NCBI GenBank assembly: GCA_951406725.2 | Contig: OX597815.1 | Location: forward strand, 66,712,001-66,776,000 | DNA length: 64,000 nucleotides | Direction: 5' to 3' | DNA from: Octopus vulgaris | Lineage: Eukaryota | Part shown: positions 53,569 through 64,000 of the stretch, in pieces | Layout: each line of letters starts with the position of its first letter | Numbering within the stretch: the first letter of the stretch is position 1 | Program-made: the position numbers and the translations under genes | The notes under the pieces: generated by a model | The model's database searches: none | What the model was told of the DNA's origin: nothing | The model's input: only the letters and a program-made list of their open reading frames with translations

Positions 53569-53863
53569 TATTAGTTGTGTTTTCAAAGCCACGAGTTTTC
53601 TGATCTAATTTATCTTCCTGGTTGTCTCCCTTAGCCTTCGTCTCAGAAGCCACTGACAGGCAGGCAGTGAGGGTTTTATGATTGAAGTTAACCTCCAATT
53701 CTAGCTGTCTTCTAAGGTTGCTGAGTTCAGACTATTCCCACGGAGTTACACTGCTAGGGTGACTGTAAACATAATAGTATCTACTCCAAGAGACATGATT
53801 TTACAAAAACTAAAGGGTGCTTCTCTCCCTGTGAAGTTATAACATCCCAAACTCAAATTGTTA

Positions 53864-54054
53864 CTGTATTCGATGGGATATAGGACGCACTTTTTTTCCC
53901 AAAGAAATGTCTTAAAAATCATCCCAGATCTTACATGCAAAATTGGGCCTTCCATAAGCTTTGAATCATTAAAAGCGTTTTTTCTTAGATATATGCGGTT
54001 GAAATTGCTTGTGCATCTAATATGCCCATGATCTTTTTATCCCATCAAATACAA
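53864..54054. mobile_element. pogo-like MITE
   Basis: TA-ctgtattcgatgggata ... tatcccatcaaatacaa-TA. Confidence 0.6.
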
Positions 54055-54574
54055 TAGTTCTTTTTTATAACTCTAAATTCTTTTCTTTTAGATCTGGATA
54101 AATTGTAATTTTGATATTCAGATAAAACTTGACTTTCAAAAGCTAAAAGTTCTCGACAATTACAAAGAGATTGTTCAGAGGGGAAGAATTGAGAAATTTT
54201 GATTACTAAATATAAGAATTATAAACAGAGAATTAAAATGGAGGATAACAAATGACAAACCAGAACTGTCAAAACATGGAATAAAATTCCTTCATTGGTT
54301 GTTAGCTGTCATGACACAGCATCCTTCAAAAATAAATCCCTGCTTCCCAAAATTCTCCAACAGTACTCCTCATTTGCCTACACACTGTTTCCTTTTTATG
54401 GCTCCATTAATATTCACTTTTCAGACTTTTTATGCTTTGTTCTGTATACTGTGCATGTACTTTCTAGCTTTCACTGCTGTCTTTCTTTATTTGACTTATA
54501 TGTCTGCTTTCTGTCCCCTCTATTAAGATTTTCTAACAGTTGTAGTGTACCTAAGCATTGTATACAATAAGTTT

Positions 54575-55200
54575 ATCTTGTATGTTGAACACTCTTTTGT
54601 ATGGGGCAAAAGCATGGACCCCCTGTTACAGACATAAAGAAACTTGAAACATTTCACAAGCACTGTCTGCACAATATCTGCAGCATAAGTGGGCAAGATA
54701 AGATATCAAATGTCAAAGTTTGGAAAAACATGAAATCTTCAGTATCAAACGTATGCCATTAAGAATTCAGTGCAGATGAGTAGGAAGTGTTGTTCAAATA
54801 CAAGATAACTGCATTCTGAAAATTCTTTAGTATAGCCAACAAGAAGGATTCCACAGTAAAGGAAGACCCCCTCCTTGGGTGTAAGGATAAGTTGAAACAG
54901 CTTAATTTAATATCATGGGAAAGTTGTTGCCTAGATCGATCTAAGTGGTGTAAAATGTGTTATAATGCAACTAAGTAACTTGAGTTGAGCAAACAGAACA
55001 ATAAAATAACTTTATTCTGTAATCAATGGACACATTTGTCAAATTCCAGGCAAGATCAAAATCATCATTGTCCTAATTGTGACTTCATAGCAAAATCCAT
55101 ACCAGGGCCCAAATTACATTCACATATCCATCGCAAATAAATGCAGCTTCTTTTTTATTTAATCCTTTCCTTCAAACACTCATACATCGAAGTCATCAGA
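54575..55200 (+). mobile_element. Old RTE LINE 3' fragment
   Basis: CMLNTLLYGAKAWT..KKLETFHKHCLHNICSISGQDKISN; terminal finger CPNCDFIAKS..LHSHIH*. Confidence 0.7.
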
Positions 55201-55465
55201 AATGACCAGCATTATCATCGTCGTCATCAGCATCATCATCATTATTGTTATTGTTAAGGCAGTGAGCTGGCAGAATTGTTACCATGCCAGGCAAAATGTC
55301 TAGTGGCATTTCATATGTCTACATGCTCTGAGTTCTACTGTAGTCAGCTTTGCCTTTCATCTTTTCAGAGGTTGAGGAAATAAGTACCAGTTGCACTTTG
55401 GGTTTGATGCAATTGACTAGCCCTGTTCCCCTAAAATTTCAGACCTTGTGTCTATAACAGAAAAG

Positions 55466-55495
<30 letters not shown>

Positions 55496-55496
<1 letters not shown>

Positions 55497-56810
55497 CTTC
55501 ATAACACAGTGTAGGTAAAAATGCAATGAAGTCTTTAGTCATCTGTCAAGTCACAACAAAGACATCAGACATAATACTTTCCTTAAGCTGTGCACTGTGC
55601 CCAATAAAGCTGCTTTTTGCAAGACATCAATCTTGCATGGGATTTCCAGTTGCCTTAAGAAGTCTTGATGTTTCAATGAGATTGAGCCCAATGCTCTGAT
55701 CACCACTAGTATCACTTTCAGGTTGGATTTCAATACTATCTTCACCCTTTTTTGATACACCTCGCTGACCTTGACTTTCATTTCTCGGTGTAAAATATCA
55801 TCCAGCTCCAAAATCCCTAAATATCTATACTCACTACTGTTGGGTTCACCCATGGTCTATCCTGATGGTAACCGCAATCCTTGCAGGCTACTTTCTTGCC
55901 TCTTTTCATATTAAGTGCTGAGCATTTGGTAATCCCAAATTCCATACTGATGTTCCTACCACACTTCTGGACTGAGTCACCTTGGAAAATTCCCCTTTTA
56001 ATATTAACTTTTCCAAGAAATGCATTACTTGAGTACAATTTGGGTTTCCACTCTTTCATGCTATGCATCAGAAAATTTGTGATGTTGTCAGCAACACCAA
56101 ACATCTGCAAGCATTCAATGATCCTAGAATGAGGCATCATATCATACACCTTTTTGAAGTCAATCCAAGCCATAGACATATTTGTATGATGTTTTTTTAC
56201 AATGCCTCAAAATTGTTTTACTGATGACCAGGTGATCCTTGGTACCCTGAGAACTATTCCTACATTCTCTTTGCTCCCTTGATTGTATTTCTTCCTGTCC
56301 CAGGAAAGTGTATGTCTTTGCCACAAATATTCCGGTGAGTATCTTCCAGATTATGTTCAGGCATGCTTTGGGACAGTAGTTTCCCACAATATTCCCTTTT
56401 CTTCTATCTTTCATTACAAGTATTGTCCTCCCAGTCACCATCCCCGCGGGGACTTATCTTTCTGGATACACTCATTCAATTGGGCTGCTAGTCTTTCATG
56501 CACTGCGTGGCATCTCTTCAGCCAGATTCCTTCACATCACCTGTGCTTATGACAATATTCCTTTGTTTCTTTCCTCTTTGTAATTTTGTCTTGATAGTTC
56601 CTATCCACATTGCATCCCTTTTATGCACCACATTGTTTCCCCATAATCCACTCCAGAACTCCTTGGCTTGATTTGCATCAGGTGCAACATTTTCCCCATT
56701 GTGTCCTTCTAACATTCGGAAGAATTGCTTCAGGCTATTTTTGAACAATCTGTTCTCAGACTGCTTATTTCTGTTCATAAATCTTCTGATCTTCTGGCTT
56801 TTTGCCATGG
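55496..56810 (-). mobile_element. R4/Dong-type element with internal deletions, between ATT tracts
   Basis: GRTILVMK..NYCPKACLN, MAWIDFKKVYD, GIFQGDS, YRYLGILE, then a jump to the RLE tail ALGSI..LQKAALLGT. Confidence 0.85.
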
Positions 56811-57099
56811 TTCATTATTAGCGTCGTCGTCGTTTATTATTATATTTTTTTTTTTATTGTTAATAATAATAAGGTGGTGAGCTGGCAGAATCGTTAGCAC
56901 ACCAGGTAAAATGCTTAGCTGCATTTTGTTCATCTTTACTTTCTGAGTTCAAATTCGGCTTTGGTCAACTTTATTTTTCATCCTTTCAGGGTCGATAAAT
57001 TAAGTACTAATTCCCTGAGGTCAATAATTCTTTCCCCGCCAAAATTTCAGGCCTTGTGAATTTAGTAGAAAGTGTTATTATCATTATTATTATTATTAT

Positions 57100-57651
57100 T
57101 GAGTGAGAGAGCAATGCATGCCATCAAAGTGACACTAGGGTACAAATATATGAAGCCCAATATACCCATCATGACTACATGTCTGATAAGAGTACACTAG
57201 GCACATGCATCACAACCATATGTGTGTGACATAATGATTTCATATCAAGATAAACAGTGCATGACTTGGCAGGTGGGGGCCCAGTTAGAATTTTCTTCAG
57301 GTTGTAGCCACCCCACTCAAAAGGTCCCTGAATAAGGGTTGTTTAAGAATGTTGAACGAAACAGCCATGTTTCCAGAAGTGAATTATTCAAACCCTAAAG
57401 AATTCCTCCCAACATATGTCTATAATACTCCCCCACTACTTCTGCTCATGATCAGAGATGCACATATCATCAACCACTAAGGGACATGCTCAACCGATTA
57501 AGGTCAAGCAACTGACAATCAAATCTGGGGTATTGAGCAGAATATTTGTTGTAGCCCATCATTTATATCAAGACAAAAATGTACATGATAACACTTCCAA
57601 TCAGTTAAGATCAGAAGCAATGAGAGCCACTGCCTGGTATTGTATCAGGGC
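57100..57651. mobile_element. ~555-bp non-coding element flanked by (ATT)n
   Basis: tgagtgagagagc...tcagggc; colinear with 63384-63938. Confidence 0.85.
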
Positions 57652-57712
<61 letters not shown>

Positions 57713-59013
57713 TTCATTCATCATCATCATCATCATCATTTCAGACATTTAGTCTATATAATAATTAATCCACTCTACATTAAGATAATGCTTTAAGGTT
57801 TATCTTGATACAATCTCCTCTTCAACATCAGGAAATTCCAATACCTTTGTAACAAAGATTCTCTAATTTTTTTATTCTTAAGTTTTTCTACAGATGAATA
57901 CTATTACTGCTATGTACAGCAATGATAACTATAATGCAATTGTTAAAATTCTTTAAAATTCCATGTCTAATCATCATTTTATTTATGGTAAGATAATTTA
58001 TGTTAACCTGGAACCTTTTTATTCTTTATCTTATGTAATGAAGATAATATTATTATTCATCTCTGAGAAGTATTATTCATGCTGGCATCACTGATACATT
58101 CTTAAACGTCTAAAGTAATCCTTGCTTTTTGAGCAAGTCAAATAACGACACACGAGTTGTGTCCCTTACACTGCAATTCACTTGAGTTTTGATCCGTCAA
58201 AGCTCCAACCACTAGATTAAAAGAACATTGAATTTAGATCAAAAGAGCCGTGGTTCAAAGGACATTACTCATGGAAAAGGCAGTTAACTCTCAAATAATA
58301 TAGTTCACTTAGTTATTATTGTTATTGTTGTCGATAATATTGCTATCAATGTTTGTATAGCTCCAAGTCGCCCCAACTAACAGGATGGTGAGTGGATTAG
58401 CTGAATAGTGAGAGCAACAGACAAAAATACCTTGCAGTTATTTGTTCTGGTTCCTTACCGTCTGAGTTCAAATTCCGCCAAAGTCAACTTTGTCTTTCAT
58501 CATTTTCAGGGTCGATAAAATAGTTTACCTGTCAAGTACTGGGGATTGATGTAATCAACTAATCCCTTCCCTTCGAAATTGCTGATTTGTGCCGAAACTT
58601 GAAAGGAAAGAGTGAATAATAAGAAAGGAAAGAAATGGCAGAATCATTAGTACATGAGCACATGAGATGCACATATCATCAACCATTAAGGGACATGCTC
58701 AACTGACTAATGCCTAGTGTCATTTTCTTCCAGTACTTTCTGAATTCAAAACATACTGGGGTCAACTCTGCCTTTCAGCATTTTGGGGGTTGATGAATAA
58801 AGTACCAGTCAAGAACTGGCATTTAATCCCTCTCCCTAAAATTGCTGGCCTTTTACCAAAATTTGAAACCATTATCATTATTATTATTCAAGGTTGACTT
58901 TGCCTTTCATCCTTTCGGGGTCAATGAAATAAGTACACACTGGGGTTGATGTAATCAACTAGCCCCTTCTCCAAAAATTTTCAGTAGAAATAATGATAAT
59001 AATAATAATAATA

Positions 59014-59120
<107 letters not shown>

Positions 59121-59139
59121 CATTATTATTATTATTATT

Positions 59140-59775
59140 TTCAAATACACTCAACAAATTAGTCTGTTGGAAAAGAAAAAATCCTAACATCAGACTACAA
59201 GTAACCTTAGATGCCAAGAACCTTCCTAAGTATCTTAGCTGTCTTTAATAATGCTGTTTTCTGGTGCTGTACTAAACTGGGTTTTATGCCTATTTCCTCT
59301 ATCCATCTGTTCATACCTTTGGGGATAGTTCCCAATGCTGCTATAACCACTGGGATGCATTTTACCTGCACTTTCCACAGTCTCTGTAATTCAATAGCTA
59401 GTTCCTGGTACTTTGCTATTTTTTCTATACTTCTCTTATTAATGTTTTCATGATTTGGGACTGCAAAGTCTATTATCTGGCACTTTCTATTCTCTTTACC
59501 TACGACTACTACCAAATCAGGCCTAGCTACTATTACTCTGTCAGTCTGAATGTTGAAGTCCCACAACATCTTATATTTCTTACTTTCTAGTACTTTACTA
59601 GGTTCATGTTCATACCATTTGTCAGTATGTTCAAATCCTAGCTTTCTACATAGCTCCCTATGGATTACTCTCCCTAGATTGTCATGTCTTTTCTTGTATT
59701 CTACATTCACTTACTATGAATAATTCACTTACTATGTGAGTAATGCTTTCCTCTCTTGACTTGCATAATCTACAT
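59140..59775 (-). mobile_element. R4/Dong-type 3' fragment with nearly intact RLE ORF (59207-59710) and (AAT)n tail
   Basis: KKRHDNLGRVIH..LWDFNIQTDR..RPDLVV..IIDFAVP..EKIAKYQEL..ALGTIPK (PD-D/E-K nuclease). Confidence 0.9.
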
Positions 59776-60213
59776 TATTATTATTGTTATTATTATTAAG
59801 GCGGTGAGCTGGCAGAATCCTTAGCGATATTTTGTTTGCCACTGTGTTCTGAGTTCAAATTCCATCAAGGTTGACTTTGCTTTTAATCCTTTCAGGGTCA
59901 ATAAATTAGGTACCAGTTGAATACTGGGAAGGGGCAGGGTTGATGTAATCAACTTAATCCCTCCCCTCAAATTTCAGGCCTTGTACCTATAGTAGAAAGG
60001 GAGCCAAATAGCTTGAAACTGGGCCAGTTTCAAGTGATCCTGTTTGCTGCTGGAGAGTAGTAGGGGTTCACTCCCCCTGCTAGTGATGTACTGTATATAA
60101 AGGGTGTAGAGTGTTACACCAAAAATCAGCTAGCAGAGAATCTACCCAGGGTTAAACTAGTAGCAACATTCAGCTTCCACTTTGATGTGGCTACTCACTT
60201 TACTATTATTATT

Positions 60214-60263
<50 letters not shown>

Positions 60264-60274
60264 TATTGTATAAC

Positions 60275-61620
60275 TATTCAATATTTGGTAGATTGAAGCA
60301 AATTTCTACGTCACCACCTGCTACACCTCCATGTTGCTGGGATGTGTGCAGCATTGTGTTCTTTTCTGCTGTTGGGAGTGTGCAAACTCTTCCTGGTACT
60401 GTATTGTGTTAGTTTTTTTCCTTGAGGTGTGGTGCTGTCTTTTGTTGTGTTACTCCTTGTATTGTGTGTTGAGTGTGTAATGTTTTGGTTTTCTAACTTG
60501 CTGGTGGTGGTTTATTTCACTGGATAAATATTTTATAGAGTGTGTCTTGTATTTGTGGGTTGTTTTGTTTAGGTTGTATTATTGGATTGATAGTGTCTTG
60601 CATAGGATGTGGGCTGTTCCTAGCAGGGCTATTTTTTGGATAATGTGTAGTGTTGAGGATCCAGGTATAGCTTCTACATTTTTGTTTATATGATTTTTTA
60701 TCATGCCCAATGCTCCAATTATTATTGGTATTGTTTTTACCTTTATGCTCCACAGTTTGAATACTTCAATTTTGAGGTCTATGTATTTCAACAATTTCTC
60801 CACTTCTTTTTTGACAATATTTTGATCAAACTATCAGTTAGCAGATGTTTTTCCCCCCAATCCTTGACTATTGTGTCTGGGCGATTAGCTTTTATCTCTT
60901 TGTCGGTTTGAACCAGCATATCCCAGATGATTGTGGCCTGATCATTGTCTTGTACCTTGCTTGGCACATGCTTATACCACCTGCTGTCAGTTTTGATGTT
61001 GTAATGTTGACATATTGTGCAGTGGATATAACTGCTTACTTTGTAGTGTCTGTATACATATTCAGACATCCCGAGATGATGTAGTCAACTGTCTCATTGT
61101 GTTGGTTGCATATTCTGCATTTGGTGTTGAAGCCTGTTTTCATTATTTTGTTTTTACACTTGTTTGTAGTCAGGCATTGGTCTTGTACAGCAAGAGTGAG
61201 TCCTTCCGTTTCGGCTTTAGTCCAGAGCTTTTGAGACATTGTTGGCTTTTACTTAGGCTCACTTCTTCTCTATCATGCCTTGCAGAGTATTGGTCAAGAA
61301 GTGATTTTTCTCTCCATTTCTTCTTCAGTATCTTTTGTAATTGAGTTTTCATGTTATTTTCTGTCTCTCTGACCATTTCTGTTGTTGTCATCTGAGGTCA
61401 GTGTGTCAGTGTAGATTGCTTCTGCTTTGTATTTTGTCACCTACTTATGTATAGAGAAAAGCGTTTTCTTTTTCCCATGTTGCTTTACAACACGCTGTAA
61501 TCTTCCACTCTTTGTTTCTAAGTACTTTGCTCGTCAAACTTTTGTTATTTTATAGTAGTTTTCTATCTGTATTAGGCCACGACCTCCTTCTGAGTGGGAT
61601 AGATATATTCAGTCAGTTGC
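60275..61620 (-). mobile_element. R4/Dong-type 3' fragment (zinc knuckle + RLE + long 3'UTR)
   Basis: CRICNQHNETVDYIISGC, IIWDMLVQTD..NRPDTIV, IPIIIGALG. Confidence 0.85.
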
Positions 61621-61957
61621 CTGAATAGGATTACTCGTAATGCAAGCAGACTAGTCCCCAATGAAATAGTACGTAGGTATAGTGGTGAATGAAGTAACTT
61701 TAAGAAAAGGAGAAATAGATCAAAACAAGTAGTCTGGTATAATGCACTATTCAGGGCCCAAATTGCCTCTAATATTGCAAGGAGATTCCTCGTGGCCCAA
61801 GGGAAGTATTTCCTACCATCAAACCAATGCAGGAAATTATTAAATAAGTACTCAGTTAAGTTTACGTTAGCTTCTCACAACACCTGTTGACTTAGAGAGT
61901 TCATGCTTAAAGATACAAAAAGCCTAAACAGCAGAAAAGTGTAATAATAACAATAAC

Positions 61958-62106
<149 letters not shown>

Positions 62107-62359
62107 TAATAATAATAATCCTTTCTCCTAAAGGCACAAGGCCTGAAAATTTGTGGGAGGGGACTAGTTGATTACATTGACCCCAATTCATAACTGGTAC
62201 TTATTTCATCAACTCTAAAAGTATGAAAAGCAATGTCAACGTCAGTGGATTTTGAACTCAGAATGTGAAGACAGATGAAATACCGCTAATCATTTCGCCT
62301 GGTGTGCAAACAATTCTGCCAGTTTGTTGCCTTTAATAATAATAATAATAATAATAATG

Positions 62360-62390
<31 letters not shown>

Positions 62391-62394
62391 TAAT

Positions 62395-62702
62395 AATGAC
62401 TTTACAGTCTCAAATGACTAGAAAGTCAACATGAGAAGTATAGAGAAAATAGCAAAGTACCAGGACATAGCCATTGAGCATCTGAGGTTGTAGAAAGTCT
62501 GCCTAAAAAAATGTATCCCTGTAGTTATAGGTGCATTAGGGACTGTTCCTAATGATTTGAACAGATGGATAGAGGAAATAAGCATAAAATGTACTTTAAT
62601 GCAGCTCTAGAAAAACAGCATTATTAGGGACAGCTAGGTTACTTGGGAAAATTCTCAGTGTCTAAGGTTACTTGTTGTAACATGATGTTAGGAATGTTTT
62701 CC
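62395..62702 (+). mobile_element. R4/Dong-type extreme 3' fragment in (AAT)n
   Basis: EKIAKYQDIAIE..CIPVVIGALGTVP; same subfamily as 59140-59775. Confidence 0.8.
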
Positions 62703-62959
62703 AATAATAATAATAACAACAACAATAATAATCCTTTCTACTATAGGCACAAGGCAATTTTCTTTTTGTGCCTTATAATTTAACATTCTCACCAGTAAAA
62801 TTTCCACTTATTCCTTGTTTTTATTTTCCTAAAATTTTCATTGCGTCTTGCAACCTTTTCAATAGTCATGACAGAATATGCTTCAACAGATGAACTCACA
62901 TAAAGAATCTTGCAAACCAAATCCAAAAATGAAATAGTTTGTTTTCTTTCTCAGTTAAG

Positions 62960-63360
62960 ACTAGGAAGCTAGACATATTCTTAATTGAGAAAGAAAACAA
63001 ACTATGCTGGATCATAGATATAGCAACCCAGCGGACAACAAGGTATGCAATAAGAAAGAAAGAAAAGTTAAGAGATATGACAGGTTAGCTTGGGAAGTTA
63101 AGCAGTTGTGGTCAATGAAAAAGGTAGCAGTAGTACCAATAATTGTTGGAGCTCTGGGAACAGTGAGCAAAAATCTTGAGAAGTACACAGAAAAAATAGG
63201 GGCTACAACAAGGGTGGAGCACTTGCAGAAAACAGCATTGCTTAGAACCACTTAAATACTCTGGAAGGTACTCGAAAAATAAGACATGTTACCTTAGTTC
63301 ACTGGTAGTGAACAGCTGACACTGTAGTACATCTCCAGCATTAGAAGCTGTGCAAAGGCA
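62960..63360 (+). mobile_element. R4/Dong-type 3' fragment
   Basis: RKLDIFLIEKENKLCWIIDIA..KVKRYDRLAWEV..VVPIIVGALGTV..LQKTALL; ends in ataataat. Confidence 0.85.
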
Positions 63361-63383
63361 ATAATAATTATTATCATTATTAT

Positions 63384-63938
63384 TGAGTGAGAGAGCAGTT
63401 CATGCCATCAAAGTGACACTGGGGTAAAATATACGAAGCCCAATATACCCATCATGACTACCCGTCTGATAAAGGTACACCAGGCACATGCACCACAACC
63501 ATATGTGCGCGACATGGTGATTTCGTATCAAGATAAACAGCACATGACCTTGCAGGTGGGGTCCAGTTAGAATTTTCTTCAGGTTGAGTAGCCCATCCTG
63601 CTCAAATGGTCCCTGAATAAGGGTTGTTTAAGGATGTTGAAAGAACCACCCATGTTTCCAGAGGTGAATTATTCAAACCCCAAAGAATCCCTCTCAATAC
63701 ATGGCTATGATGCTCCCCCATTACTTCTGCTCGTGATCAGAGATGCACATATCGTCAGCCACTAAGGGACATGCTCAACTGGTTAAGGTCAAACAACTGA
63801 CAAGCAAATCTGTGGTATTGAGTAGAATATTTGCTGTAGCCCATCTTTTATACCAAGACAAAACAATGTACATGATAACACTTCCAATCAGTTAAGATCA
63901 GAAGCCATGAGAGCCACTGCCTGGTACTGCATCAGGGC
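63384..63938. mobile_element. ~555-bp non-coding element flanked by (ATT)n
   Basis: Second complete copy, with the same termini as 57100-57651. Confidence 0.85.
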
Positions 63939-63974
<36 letters not shown>

Positions 63975-64000
63975 CATTATTAATAGCAACAACAAAGATA

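Noticed and set aside
63860-63938. HDV-like ribozyme at the minus-strand 5' end of the 555-bp element
   Set aside because: Only a simple hairpin could be drawn; no P1/P2/P3 nested pseudoknot was found by eye.

Overview
AT-rich, repeat-saturated animal genomic DNA. The SINE, MITE and microsatellite repertoire looks like an octopus (cephalopod) genome; this is inferred from sequence style only. No host protein-coding gene can be supported, and nearly all supplied ORFs are microsatellite or antisense artefacts. Real coding remnants are all transposon-derived: a Tx1-like LINE with a large internal deletion (4.5-7.0 kb), a 5'-truncated RTE LINE with three C-terminal C2H2 fingers (17.7-20.2 kb), a Penelope-like (PLE) GIY-YIG fragment arranged as an apparently perfect 910-bp-arm palindrome (28.8-30.6 kb), and seven R4/Dong-type RLE fragments, most of them in (TAA)n tracts. 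Non-coding elements include tRNA-derived SINEs, Helitrons, and pogo-, hAT- and piggyBac-type MITEs. Most notable observations: (1) a recurring head-to-head hairpin architecture of PLE ends carrying minimal hammerhead-ribozyme motifs; (2) a GGATCTTT-ended, 8-bp-TSD MITE family that carries TTAGGG telomere arrays; (3) a ~555-bp non-coding element found in ATT/TAA repeats; (4) a sharp onset of CpG decay near 50 kb.
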